Positions 27,516-36,924 of a DNA stretch of 59,393 nucleotides are shown here, in pieces; within the stretch, counting starts at the first letter, position 1, and every line of letters begins with the position of its first letter. The stretch is from a virus (taxonomy: Duplodnaviria; Caudoviricetes). Made by a program: the position numbers and the translations under genes. The notes under the pieces are model-generated. The model was not told the origin of the DNA and ran no database searches. It saw only the letters and a list, made by a program, of their open reading frames with translations. The stretch lies in the IMG/VR virus record IMGVR_UViG_3300042922_000225, positions 1 through 59,393 of that record; one strand, written 5' to 3'.

Positions 27516-27706
27516 ACGAAGAAATCATCGCACGATGGGTTGCCGCTGAGATGGTCGCAGAGGGCGTCGTTACCCGCAAGGACGGCGTGCTGATTGTGAG
27601 CGCGTCTGGGCGGGACTTCATGATCGAGGTTAAGGCTTTTGAGATTACCGAGCCTAAGACCGCGGTGAAGATTTTGACGGAGGTTGAAGGTGGTCGAACC
27701 GATTGA
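27512..27706 (+). CDS. Hypothetical protein
   Basis: ATGA-coupled, AGGAGG RBS. Confidence 0.55.
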   Translation: MNEEIIARWVAAEMVAEGVVTRKDGVLIVSASGRDFMIEVKAFEITEPKTAVKILTEVEGGRTD

Positions 27707-27851
27707 GCCCGATTCTTGCCGGTACTGCGATACGCCTAAAACCCGGCACGCCATCCAATGGGTTGACGGTTTAGGCTACCACAACTGGATTACCCCAACA
27801 GACGAACAGAGATTGTCCCGGATGAGGAATCGCAGGGCAGGGTCCGAATAG
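27690..27851 (+). CDS. Small Cys/His protein (53 aa)
   Basis: Manually translated MVEPIEPDSCRYC...HAIQW...GYHNWITPTDEQRLSRMRNRR; GGAGG RBS. Confidence 0.55.
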   Translation: MVEPIEPDSCRYCDTPKTRHAIQWVDGLGYHNWITPTDEQRLSRMRNRRAGSE

Positions 27852-27867
27852 CCTGCTGCACTGGAAA

Positions 27868-27928
27868 GTAACCTCCTCTGTTGTTGACGGCCCCCTTCTC
27901 GCTAACCCGCGGGGAGGGGGTCTTCTTT
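27868..27928 (+). ncRNA. Candidate sRNA with an anti-leader seed ACCUCCUCUGUUGUUG and a terminator
   Basis: Degenerate motif CTGCTGCACTGG at 27853, unpaired seed, then the hairpin CCCCCTTCTCGC/GCGGGGAGGGGG and a T-rich tail. Confidence 0.4.
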
Positions 27929-27974
27929 CGTATAAGGAGTGCGCTGATAAACTGGCTTTAGGAGGAAATGGCTT

Positions 27975-28499
27975 ATGAGTGATGAAGTGGCGATCCCAGA
28001 CCCGAACCGGGTGACCAAGTACATCTGGCGTAACATTGGCAAACGCAGCGCCCGGGAGATGGCCCAGGAACTCGGAGTCAGCCCCGAGGAGATCCTGCGG
28101 GCTAAGCGTGAGCTTGTCGAGGGCGTGGACGAGCTTACGATTCAGCTTCAAAAGGCTAAGCTGATGGAGTCCCTTCAAGAGATCGCGGATGACGCCAAGG
28201 AAGCGGCCATGAACGCCTCCGACGAGCGCAATAAGGCGGGTCTTTATAACGCCGCCGCCGGTTCCATTGACAAACTTCTCAAGGAATTCAACCGGACCTC
28301 CAAGAACGAATCCGAAGCCCTCAACGCCCTTAACCGAGCCCGAATTCAGGAGCTTGTGGAGCTTGTCCAGGAAACCGTTGACGAATCGGTGATCGAACTT
28401 TCCACCCGGTACGAAATTCCCGAACAGGACATCTACGACGTGTTCAACACCCACCTGGGGCGGGCCGCAGAGCGCCGGGACGCGGAGCTTAAGCGTTGA
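27975..28499 (+). CDS. terS: Terminase small subunit
   Basis: N-terminal HTH (SAREMAQELGVSPEEI), helical remainder, immediately upstream of TerL. Confidence 0.7.
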   Translation: MSDEVAIPDPNRVTKYIWRNIGKRSAREMAQELGVSPEEILRAKRELVEGVDELTIQLQKAKLMESLQEIADDAKEAAMNASDERNKAGLYNAAAGSIDKLLKEFNRTSKNESEALNALNRARIQELVELVQETVDESVIELSTRYEIPEQDIYDVFNTHLGRAAERRDAELKR

Positions 28500-30118
28500 A
28501 TCTGACAGATGTTGCCCGGGGCGCACAGGTAGAACTTCTCGTCAAAGCCCGTAAGCGTCAATACTTCAATGACCCCGTGCTGTGGGCAAAGGATTATCTG
28601 GGGATCGTTCCTTGGTCCGCCCAAGCCGATGTCGCAATGAGCCTGGTCGATAATAAGAACGTTGTTGTTAAGGCCGGTCACGAAGTCGGTAAGTCTTGGC
28701 TTGCCGGTCTTCTGATCTGTTGGTGGGTCGACACCCGCTGGGACCTCCCCGGCGGTTGCTTCGTGGTCTCTACTGCCCCCTCCACGCGTCAGATCAACGC
28801 TATCGTCTGGCGAGAAGTTCGCAAGTTCTACAACGTCGCAAAGAAGCGATACGCAGAGGGCAAGATCGACCACCCCCTCCCCGGCTACATCACCTCCGAT
28901 GCTCACTGGAGACTGCCGGACGGAATTGAACTCGGATACGGCGCTAAGCCCCCCGAGGGCGCGGACAAGGATTCCGGTAACGACTCGATGTCGGGTATCC
29001 ACGCGAGATACGTGCTAGCCGTGGGTGATGAGGCAGTCGGTCTAACGAAGGGCCTTATTGGCGACCTCGCGAACATCACATCCAACGCCACTTCACGCCG
29101 GTTCCTGATTTGTAACCCCACGAACCCGCTTGCTTACGTCGCATCGATCTTCAAGCGCGACCTCCAGGGCTGGTCCAAGCACACGATCAGCGTCTTCGAC
29201 AGCCCGAACTTCCACGGTCGAGGCGTGTGTGACCCCGAGAAGTGCAAGAAGTACGAAGAGCATCAATCGATGGAGCCCTACGAGGGATTCCCACGAGAAG
29301 TGCTTGAAACGCTCGTTGACCAAAGCTACGTTGACGACATTATCGAAGAGCACGGGTTTGGATCGCCCACCTACATCTCCCGCGTTACCGGCGAGTTTGC
29401 ATGGGACATGGGGTTCACCCTCATCCGGCCCGAGGACATCGCCAAGGGCATGGACGTGCTCATTATTCCGAGTGAAGATTCTTCCCCCGTCCTCGGCGTT
29501 GACGTGTCCCGATCTAAGTCCGGCGATAAGAACACCGTCTACCGGTACCACGATGGCAAACTTCGGTTTGTCGATGACTGGAACGATCCCAACGCCGTCA
29601 ACACCGCCGCTCGAATCCACCGACTGGCGATGGAGAACGGGGTAAGCGAAGTTCGCATTGACGGTGCGGGTCTGGGTGGCCCCATTGCCGACCTTGTACG
29701 AGAGCACGCTCAGGACCGATATCTTGTCATCGAAATCCTGGGTAACGACCCCTCGCCAGACAAGCACCGCTGGCAGAACCACCGTGCGTGGTCGTGGTGG
29801 TCTTTCCAGGATCGACTCTCTAAGGGCGAGATTGACCTGGATGGCGAAGACGAGAAACTCCAAGAGCAGCTACTTGGTGTCGAGATCAAGAAGCGCACCT
29901 CGGGTAACAACAGCCTCCTCCTGGAAAGCAAGCAGGAGATGGCAAAGCGCGGCATTCACTCCCCGGACCATGCCGACGCCGCGGTGTACGCTGCAACTGA
30001 CCTTTCTTGGTGGCTGAACCGGGAGCCAGCGGGGAGCGTCCACGCAATGGACCGCGCCGAAATCCCCGACATGGGCTTCTCGCAGTACCTCAACCGGCCC
30101 GGCATGCCGTGGCTTTAA
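28496..30118 (+). CDS. terL: Terminase large subunit
   Basis: Walker A AGHEVGKS, Walker B VGDEA, CNPT, nuclease LGVDVSR, IDGAGLG, SPDHADA. Confidence 0.93.
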   Translation: MNLTDVARGAQVELLVKARKRQYFNDPVLWAKDYLGIVPWSAQADVAMSLVDNKNVVVKAGHEVGKSWLAGLLICWWVDTRWDLPGGCFVVSTAPSTRQINAIVWREVRKFYNVAKKRYAEGKIDHPLPGYITSDAHWRLPDGIELGYGAKPPEGADKDSGNDSMSGIHARYVLAVGDEAVGLTKGLIGDLANITSNATSRRFLICNPTNPLAYVASIFKRDLQGWSKHTISVFDSPNFHGRGVCDPEKCKKYEEHQSMEPYEGFPREVLETLVDQSYVDDIIEEHGFGSPTYISRVTGEFAWDMGFTLIRPEDIAKGMDVLIIPSEDSSPVLGVDVSRSKSGDKNTVYRYHDGKLRFVDDWNDPNAVNTAARIHRLAMENGVSEVRIDGAGLGGPIADLVREHAQDRYLVIEILGNDPSPDKHRWQNHRAWSWWSFQDRLSKGEIDLDGEDEKLQEQLLGVEIKKRTSGNNSLLLESKQEMAKRGIHSPDHADAAVYAATDLSWWLNREPAGSVHAMDRAEIPDMGFSQYLNRPGMPWL

Positions 30119-30143
30119 GGCTCACTGATAAACTGGAAGTACG

Positions 30144-31673
30144 ATGAGCCACGATATTGACCCTATTACCGTTCTTTCGGAGCAGTTTAGCCGCATTAAC
30201 GCCGAAAACGCTGAACTCCGCGAGAGCATGGCCGACGTTCGTGCTCAATTGGCGTACGAAGATCAGGGTTGGAAGTTGATCGGGGACTGGGTTTCAGGCG
30301 ATCACCTGGAGGGCCTGGACCTGGAGGAAGTCCAGACTATCGCGGAGCGCATTGCGCCTCGCGTGGTGGCCGGTGCCCTGCCTCGTCGCGCCGTGGATTT
30401 GCATTCTGGCTTCGTATGGGGTCGCGGTTGCTGGATCGAAGGCACCGAAAAGCCCAAGGGGCAGGGCCGTCCGACCGACATCCGTAAGTTCTACGTGGAC
30501 CCCGTGAACCAGGCGAGCCTGTTCTCTGACTCCGCTCGGGAATCCCTCCAGAAAGCCCGCTTCATTGACGGCAACGTTCTGGCGGCGGTGAACACGAAGA
30601 CCAAGCGTGTCAACCTCATCCCGTTCAATCAGGTGACCGGCCTTCGCGTGGACCCAGACTTCCCTGAGAACGTGCTGATGTACAAGCGCACGTGGGACCG
30701 CAAGGACAACAGCACCAACAGCACCGTATCTCGTTGGTATGTGACGACGCGGTTTACGGGCACCCGCCCCCCATCCATCGGTAAGGACGAGCAGGCAGTC
30801 CCCGTCGATCAGGACATCACGATTGTGGACCTGCGTGCTAACCGGCAGGTAGGACATGTCCTAGGCGTCCCGGACGGGCTGGCGGGTCTTCACTGGAGCG
30901 AGGCTTATGCCCAGGCGATGAAGTGGGGCATGATTGTCTCGGAGTCGCTGGCTAAGATCCTGTTCCGGGTCACTAATAAGACCAGCAAGGGCGTCCAAAA
31001 CTCGGCGGTTAAGATCGCAGGTTTCGGCGGTCACGGCGGCACTGCTTCTATGGCCGAAGGCCAGGAACTCTCGGCTGTTTCCACTGCTGGACGAGGCTAC
31101 GATTTCGGGTCTAACCGGGCACTCGCTGCAATGGCGGCGGCTGCCTGGAATGTGTCGAACTCTGACCTGCTCAACGATGCCAGCGCGAACGGGTCCAGCT
31201 ACGGGTCGGCTCAGTCCCTTGTCGCCGGTAACCGCAACGCTATGCTTCTTATGCAGCGCGAGTGGGCGGACTTCTACAAGGATATCTTCGAGGTTCTGAA
31301 GTTCCAGCGCCCCTCGGTCATCTTTCAGCCGTTCGAGGCCCCGGATAAGTACCGCGAGCTTCAGGCGATCACCCTGGGGGCTCCCGCGCTTAACGACGAA
31401 GAGTACCGGATGGCGGTCCTTGATGGCCTGGACATTGTGGGCGATGCTACCGAGATCCCGGACACGCTGAAGAACCGTGGGATCGACACGTCGGCTGCCG
31501 CTCAGCAAGCGGCTCCAGATCAAGGGCGTGCCAACGGAGCGGGCGGAGGCCAGGGCGCAAACGACCAGCGAAGCGACACGATCTCGTCTGAAAACCTGCG
31601 TCACGAGATGGCGATGACCGAAATTGCGGACCGGATTGAGGCTGCGGTCAGGAAACTCGAAGCTACTGACTAA
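30144..31673 (+). CDS. Portal protein
   Basis: 509 aa directly after TerL; LAYEDQGW N-terminal motif; synteny. Confidence 0.85.
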   Translation: MSHDIDPITVLSEQFSRINAENAELRESMADVRAQLAYEDQGWKLIGDWVSGDHLEGLDLEEVQTIAERIAPRVVAGALPRRAVDLHSGFVWGRGCWIEGTEKPKGQGRPTDIRKFYVDPVNQASLFSDSARESLQKARFIDGNVLAAVNTKTKRVNLIPFNQVTGLRVDPDFPENVLMYKRTWDRKDNSTNSTVSRWYVTTRFTGTRPPSIGKDEQAVPVDQDITIVDLRANRQVGHVLGVPDGLAGLHWSEAYAQAMKWGMIVSESLAKILFRVTNKTSKGVQNSAVKIAGFGGHGGTASMAEGQELSAVSTAGRGYDFGSNRALAAMAAAAWNVSNSDLLNDASANGSSYGSAQSLVAGNRNAMLLMQREWADFYKDIFEVLKFQRPSVIFQPFEAPDKYRELQAITLGAPALNDEEYRMAVLDGLDIVGDATEIPDTLKNRGIDTSAAAQQAAPDQGRANGAGGGQGANDQRSDTISSENLRHEMAMTEIADRIEAAVRKLEATD

Positions 31674-31695
31674 TCTCTGATAAACTTGTAAAGAG

Positions 31696-32598
31696 ATGAG
31701 CGCTAAACTTCTTTCTGAATCGACTGCGGTTCCCACCAAGGCTGGGAATGGCCGCTGGAAGTCTGTTCTCATTACCCCGGGGCAGGGTTCGAGTGGGTTT
31801 TATTCGGAGGATGTCCTCCGGGAATACGGCCCTATTGCCCTCCGGAAGGGCGCTAAGTCGTTCGTTACTCACAACCGCACCGAGAATGGCGAGCCGGACC
31901 CGTTCGCGATGTGGGGCTTCCTCGCGGAGGATTCGTACTACGAGGAGGGTGTGGGCCTTGTCGGAATCATCGAAGTCCTCCCCTCGTGGCGCGATAAGGT
32001 TGAGGAAGTGGCCCCCCACGTTGCACTTTCCGTCTACGTCTCCGGAGAAGCTGACGAAAGCGGAAACGTCACTAAGTTTGTAGAAGATGTCCAGAACGGG
32101 GTCGATATGGTTTCGTACCCCGGAAGGCCAGGAAGCTCGCTAGTTGAGCAGATGGTCGAAAGCGCGGCGAAGATGGCGCGTGAATCTGGTGAGCCAACAG
32201 TCACCTCGGCTGTGGAGAAGGAAAAGGAAATCAAGATGGAAAAGGACGTTGAGGAGCGCTTTGCCGCTCTTGAGGCGCTTCTGACCAGCCTGGTGACCAA
32301 GGAGCAGGCCGCACAGGCGGAGGCCGCGCAGGCCGAGGCTGACGAGAAGGCTGTCGAAGAGGCTCTTGCCTCCTATGACGCCGCGGTTGACGCTATTGAG
32401 GCTGCGGAGCTTCCGGCAGATGCCGCGAAGGCCCTCCGTGCTGAGGCGCGCAAGGGTAAGGACGTTACCCCGCTCATTGAGTTTGCCAAGGTTGTCAAGG
32501 CTGCCGCACCCGTCGCTGACAAGCCTGCTGAGCTTGGACGCGAGGCCGGTACTCGTAAGTTCGAGTCCGCTGTTGACCTTGGAAAGGTGTTTGGCTAA
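31696..32598 (+). CDS. Capsid maturation protease / scaffold fusion
   Basis: LITPGQGSSGFYS, THN and VDMVSYPGRPGS, then an Ala/Glu-rich helical scaffold. Confidence 0.75.
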   Translation: MSAKLLSESTAVPTKAGNGRWKSVLITPGQGSSGFYSEDVLREYGPIALRKGAKSFVTHNRTENGEPDPFAMWGFLAEDSYYEEGVGLVGIIEVLPSWRDKVEEVAPHVALSVYVSGEADESGNVTKFVEDVQNGVDMVSYPGRPGSSLVEQMVESAAKMARESGEPTVTSAVEKEKEIKMEKDVEERFAALEALLTSLVTKEQAAQAEAAQAEADEKAVEEALASYDAAVDAIEAAELPADAAKALRAEARKGKDVTPLIEFAKVVKAAAPVADKPAELGREAGTRKFESAVDLGKVFG

Positions 32599-33056
32599 TG
32601 GCAACGAACGTTTACCGCAAGTACGCCGGTTTCCGTAACGAGGAGTGGGAAGTCCCCGCTGGTACTCGTGCGGGCCAGGTCGTTATCAACGGCACGGATG
32701 GTCGTGTGGGCCTCGCCCTCACTTCGCGCGGCGATGTTACGGCGGCTTACACCCTTCCGAACGGTCTGACGATCAGCAACAACCCCGTTGGTGGCACCGG
32801 CAACAAGCCCGACTGCGCCACCGTGGGTGTTGAGGGTTACGACGCTCTCCTGACCGTTACCGGCGTCACTGCCGGTGAGACCGTGGGCACCGGCCAGACC
32901 GGCACGGCCCAGGGCACCCCCGTTTACGGTGTGGTCTCGGGCGGCGCAATCACGTCGTACACGACCAGCGCTTCGGGCAACACTAAGATTGGCGTTATCG
33001 CTGACGGCAACATTGTCGGCGGCGTCGCCCCGGTTTCGATTGGAGTTGACCTCTAA
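32598..33056 (+). CDS. Capsid decoration (cement-like) protein
   Basis: Gly/Thr-rich beta protein between scaffold and major capsid genes. Confidence 0.65.
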   Translation: MATNVYRKYAGFRNEEWEVPAGTRAGQVVINGTDGRVGLALTSRGDVTAAYTLPNGLTISNNPVGGTGNKPDCATVGVEGYDALLTVTGVTAGETVGTGQTGTAQGTPVYGVVSGGAITSYTTSASGNTKIGVIADGNIVGGVAPVSIGVDL

Positions 33057-34201
33057 TGGCACTCGACCTTACTTGCGGCGGTCGCCTTAACGTCAGCCCG
33101 ATGGTGACTGAGCGTAGCGTTCAGCGCATGGCTCAGATTGTTGAGGGTATCAAGCTCGGTGGATACGCTGGTGAGCGTGCCCGCACGGACTTCAAGGAGA
33201 CCCTGACCACCTCTGACGCCCCCTACTCGTTCGCACAGCTTCTGAACATCCGGAACCTGCCGCTCTACGATGAGGCTCCCGTCCAGTGGAACCAGATCGC
33301 CAGCACCGAGAGCGTCCCGGACTTCCGTCCCACGTCGTTCTACTCGCTGCGTTCGAACTTCGCTACTCTGGGTCACGGCAACGGCACGGGAGGCAACCTG
33401 GTTGCTCCCAAGGTCCCGGAGCTGGGCTCGTATGTCGAGGCTTACGGTTACTCGGAGGAGGCCGTTCAGGTCGCCGTTGAGAAGCGAGGCTTCGCGTGGG
33501 GTATCTCGCTGGAGCGAGTCGTTAACGACCCGACCCGCGCGTACTCGCAGGTCCCTAACGACATGCTGAACGTCGGCACCAAGACGGATGAGTACGTTGT
33601 CTTCAGCGCCCTCGTTGACGGTGCCACCGCCGCGTCGCAGGTTGAGGGTGGAGTTGACCTGGTTACGGGCGACACCGTTCCGGCTAACCCCGTCATCTCG
33701 CCCGCCGCTATCCGCGTCGCCCTCCGGAACATCTCGGCCCGCACGGACGACCAGGGTAACAAGATCCCGCTCGCCCCGCGCTACCGCGTTGTGGTTTCCC
33801 TTGGCGAGGGTGACACGGTTGAGTGGATGCTCCAGGAGGCGGGCAACATCATCCGCGTCCAGGATGGCAACATCACCTACGGTGCCCCCGGTGCTGGTGG
33901 TCTGAACCGTATCGCTGGCGTCATCGAGTCGGAGTTCATCCCGGAGGGCTCGTGGTACCTGGTCCCGGACGCTGGCAGCACGGTTCGCCCGTCGCTGGTT
34001 CGTGTTCAGCTCCAGGGCTACACCGCGCCGGAAGTTTACGTCGAGGGTACGCCCGTGCCTGTTCTCGGCGGCGCTTCGAACGACCCGTTCCGCGCGTTCT
34101 CGTGGCACGACGACTCGGCCCGCTTCAAGTTCCGCATGTTCACCAACGCGGCGTTGATTACTCAGGATCAGCTCTCCTGGAGTGATGGCTCTGAGGCATA
34201 G
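33056..34201 (+). CDS. Major capsid protein
   Basis: 381 aa, strong codon bias, synteny, followed by a terminator; ETLTTSD, VPDFRP, VPELGSY. Confidence 0.88.
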   Translation: MALDLTCGGRLNVSPMVTERSVQRMAQIVEGIKLGGYAGERARTDFKETLTTSDAPYSFAQLLNIRNLPLYDEAPVQWNQIASTESVPDFRPTSFYSLRSNFATLGHGNGTGGNLVAPKVPELGSYVEAYGYSEEAVQVAVEKRGFAWGISLERVVNDPTRAYSQVPNDMLNVGTKTDEYVVFSALVDGATAASQVEGGVDLVTGDTVPANPVISPAAIRVALRNISARTDDQGNKIPLAPRYRVVVSLGEGDTVEWMLQEAGNIIRVQDGNITYGAPGAGGLNRIAGVIESEFIPEGSWYLVPDAGSTVRPSLVRVQLQGYTAPEVYVEGTPVPVLGGASNDPFRAFSWHDDSARFKFRMFTNAALITQDQLSWSDGSEA

Positions 34202-34223
34202 AGTCTGCTAAACTAGAAGTAGC

Positions 34224-34264
34224 AGGCGAGCCCCCGTGGGAAACTGCGGGGGTTTCGCCTTTTC
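34224..34264 (+). terminator. Intrinsic terminator after the capsid operon
   Basis: AGGCGAGCCCCCGTGG-GAAA-CTGCGGGGGTTTCGCCT-TTT. Confidence 0.8.
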
Positions 34265-34278
34265 TAGAAGGAGATTGT

Positions 34279-34797
34279 GTGTGTAGCGTCGAGGGCTGCG
34301 AACGAAAAATGAAGTGCAAGGGCATGTGTTCAATGCACTACGACCGACTTCGTTTACGCGGAACGGTGGAACTAACGCGTCCATCCACCGAGGGGGAATG
34401 CCAGCTACTCGGGTGCGATAACCGAATAGCGTCAAAGGGTTACTGCAAGTTGCATTACGAGCGCATACGCCGAAATGGCACTCCCGGGATCGTAGGTACC
34501 GGCAGGCGTCCCAGAGGGGCGGGAGCCGATCACGGTGGGTACGTCCGAGTGCGCGTTATGCGGGGAGGGGTGGAGACAAAGATATTTGAGCACCGATATG
34601 TGATGGAGCAACATCTGGGCCGGGAACTGGAACCCCATGAGAACGTCCACCACATTAACGGGGTCCGAGACGACAACCGGATCGAGAACCTGGAGTTGTG
34701 GAGCACATCCCAGCCTAAGGGCCAACGAATTGAGGATAAGACCGCTTGGGCAATTGAGTGGTTGAAGGCCTACGCGCCCGACAGGCTGGTAAACTAG
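34279..34797 (+). CDS. HNH homing endonuclease with two N-terminal Cx4C..CxxH zinc fingers
   Basis: [31 protein letters not shown]. Confidence 0.9.
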   Translation: MCSVEGCERKMKCKGMCSMHYDRLRLRGTVELTRPSTEGECQLLGCDNRIASKGYCKLHYERIRRNGTPGIVGTGRRPRGAGADHGGYVRVRVMRGGVETKIFEHRYVMEQHLGRELEPHENVHHINGVRDDNRIENLELWSTSQPKGQRIEDKTAWAIEWLKAYAPDRLVN

Positions 34798-34819
34798 TAA
34801 GAGAACCGAAAGGAACCCA

Positions 34820-35050
34820 ATGGCTTTTGACCCCAAGCCCATCAAGCTGACCTCGGTGGACGAAGAAGACTACACCAGCACCTACGAGCCCGAGGAGTAC
34901 GCGGTCGTCGGCGGTCTCCCCGTTTCCGAGGCAGTCCAGGCCATCGCCACCGTTGGCACCGCAGACGCGACCGACGAGGCTACCGCAATTGCCCTGGCTA
35001 ACGCGCTGAAGGCCCGTCTGAACCAGCTGATCACTGCGCTCAAGTCGTAA
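34820..35050 (+). CDS. Small head-fibre-like structural protein
   Basis: C-terminal ANALKARLNQLITALKS trimerisation-like helix; own promoter motif and terminator. Confidence 0.6.
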   Translation: MAFDPKPIKLTSVDEEDYTSTYEPEEYAVVGGLPVSEAVQAIATVGTADATDEATAIALANALKARLNQLITALKS

Positions 35051-35123
35051 CCCACAATCTCACACTTCAGGGGCTCTCACTTCGGTGGGGGCCTCTTCTT
35101 TTTGACATGAGAAAGGTCTAATC

Positions 35124-36476
35124 ATGCCCCGTCAGCCCGACAGGACCCTCCGATCCGGCACCGCAGACTACACCGTCTTGGTGGACGAGAAGGGCGTGCC
35201 TTACAAAGCCGGAGTGACCATCCAGCAAGTCGAGGGCGGCTTCGACCCCACAGGACTTGCTACCGATGCCAAGCAGGATGAGATCGTTACGGCCCTGGGC
35301 GCTGTGGCGGACGCAGTTTCCACGGAGAGTGCTGTCACTATCCTGGACGACGAGCTTCCGCCCGTGCAGGGCCAGGCCACCTCCAACAAGCAGGACGCCA
35401 TTATTTCGGCACTGAACACCCTGGCTAGCCGGATGGACATGCCCCTGGACGTGGAGGTCGGTAACGATTCGATTACGGTCTCCATTCCCTCGCTTCCGCT
35501 GGCTGACGGCGCTGCTACCTCTGCCAAGCAGGATCAGGCTTTGGAGGTATTGGGTGTCCTTCGGGACATCTTTCAAAACGGAACCCTGGGAGTTACCGGG
35601 GAACTAGGGCTTAAGCCCGCTGACATTGCCGCGCTGAAAACCGTCACCCTAGACAACCCCAGCATCGCCATTACTTCGTCTTCGCCTCTTTCGGTAAACC
35701 TGCCGGGAGTATCCACAGCGGACAAGCAGGACGCAATCCTGGCTCGCCTCCAGACGCTTATCGACAACTCCCTGGCACCCCGGCCTATCACCGATAACAG
35801 CGGGTCTATCACCGTGGACGGCGCTGTGGGTATCTCCGGCCCGGTCCAGGTCGAAGACAACGGCAAGTCTCTCACCGTGGATGGCATGGTAGCGGCCACT
35901 CAGTCCGGCCCCTGGAATGTTACGGTTACAGACGGATCAGGACCCCTTACGGTAGACGGCTCAGTCGCGGTCACAGACGCCACAGGAAACGGCCTGACAA
36001 GCGCTACAGCAGCGCCCGGAACCTCCGACCGGGGTCTTGTCGTCCGGAACATTCCTTCCGGCACTCAGGCGGTCTCAGGAACGGTTGCGGCCACGCAGTC
36101 CGGCACCTGGACCATGAATGTCAACTCCGCCCCTTCTGCCACCGCCCCAGCGCTCACCCCGTTCCGCACCACGTCCCTTACTGCCACGCCCCAGCAGATT
36201 AAGGCTTCCGCAGGGCGGGTCTACCAGTATAGTTTCCACAACCCCAACAACGCACCTGTTTACGTGCACTTCTGGGGTCTGCTGGCGGCTAACGTCACGC
36301 CCGGAACTACGGTGCCCGCCGTGACTCTCGGCGTTCCCGCGGGCTCGGTACTGGACGGTTACTGGACGGTCTCCCCGGCGGCTTTTGCGAGTGGCATTAC
36401 GGTCTCGGCCTCCACATCGTCTGCGGGGACAGGTGCGCCCAACACGGGACTTCTGGCCCAGGTCGGCTACGTCTGA
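35124..36476 (+). CDS. Repeat-rich fibre or decoration protein
   Basis: Four AT.xKQD repeats and three D.xG.xTVDG repeats; Ser/Thr/Ala/Gly-rich. Confidence 0.65.
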   Translation: MPRQPDRTLRSGTADYTVLVDEKGVPYKAGVTIQQVEGGFDPTGLATDAKQDEIVTALGAVADAVSTESAVTILDDELPPVQGQATSNKQDAIISALNTLASRMDMPLDVEVGNDSITVSIPSLPLADGAATSAKQDQALEVLGVLRDIFQNGTLGVTGELGLKPADIAALKTVTLDNPSIAITSSSPLSVNLPGVSTADKQDAILARLQTLIDNSLAPRPITDNSGSITVDGAVGISGPVQVEDNGKSLTVDGMVAATQSGPWNVTVTDGSGPLTVDGSVAVTDATGNGLTSATAAPGTSDRGLVVRNIPSGTQAVSGTVAATQSGTWTMNVNSAPSATAPALTPFRTTSLTATPQQIKASAGRVYQYSFHNPNNAPVYVHFWGLLAANVTPGTTVPAVTLGVPAGSVLDGYWTVSPAAFASGITVSASTSSAGTGAPNTGLLAQVGYV

Positions 36477-36727
36477 TGCCGGAGCTTAAGCCTACGGGCA
36501 AGATCATCGCACGAGGTCAGTCAGGGTTCTCAGTGCTCAGTACGGGTGTTGACATCGCGTTTGACCGTCCTATGCCGGAAGGTTCCACCTACAAGGTCTT
36601 CTACCGCCAGATATCAGGTGTGAACGTTGGACTCCCGTCAACCTCGAACCAAACCCCTACTGGATTCCGGGCTTCAGTTGGCATAGGCGTTGCCGCACAG
36701 TTTGAGTGGCTGGTGATTGAGGACTGA
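36476..36727 (+). CDS. Small beta-rich structural protein (H-type lectin/gp53-like)
   Basis: IAFDRPM...NQTPTGF...FEWLVI; coupled to the fibre gene. Confidence 0.55.
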   Translation: MPELKPTGKIIARGQSGFSVLSTGVDIAFDRPMPEGSTYKVFYRQISGVNVGLPSTSNQTPTGFRASVGIGVAAQFEWLVIED

Positions 36728-36739
36728 TAAGATTGAATT

Positions 36740-36835
36740 AGACGGGTGCCCCTCCCGTTGGCTGCTAGTTACCCTCCTCTCTCGCTAGCGCCAGGCCCCT
36801 CGGTTGAGCGTCCCACTTCCGCTCCCGAGGGGCTT
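36740..36835 (+). ncRNA. Candidate three-hairpin sRNA with C/U-rich loops
   Basis: Motif CTGATAAGAT at 36724, then three stems with loops UGCCCCU, UACCCUCCUCUCUC and UCCCACUUC; no ORF. Confidence 0.55.
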
Positions 36836-36855
36836 AAACTTTCCCAGCGTCTTCC

Positions 36856-36909
36856 CAGGTTGTGGGTGGCGGTTTGGGGTTGAGGGGTGGTAGTGTCGAG
36901 GTAGACAAC
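36856..36909 (+). repeat. 54-bp moron promoter cassette, copy 1
   Basis: 50/54 identical to 41683-41736; contains the extended -10 TGGTAGTGT. Confidence 0.85.
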
Positions 36910-36924
36910 GCTTGAGGAGGCGAA

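Noticed and set aside
28670-28700. TerL Walker A variant GHEVGKS as an inactivating change
   Set aside because: GKS, Walker B and nuclease aspartates are intact; most likely tolerated variation.
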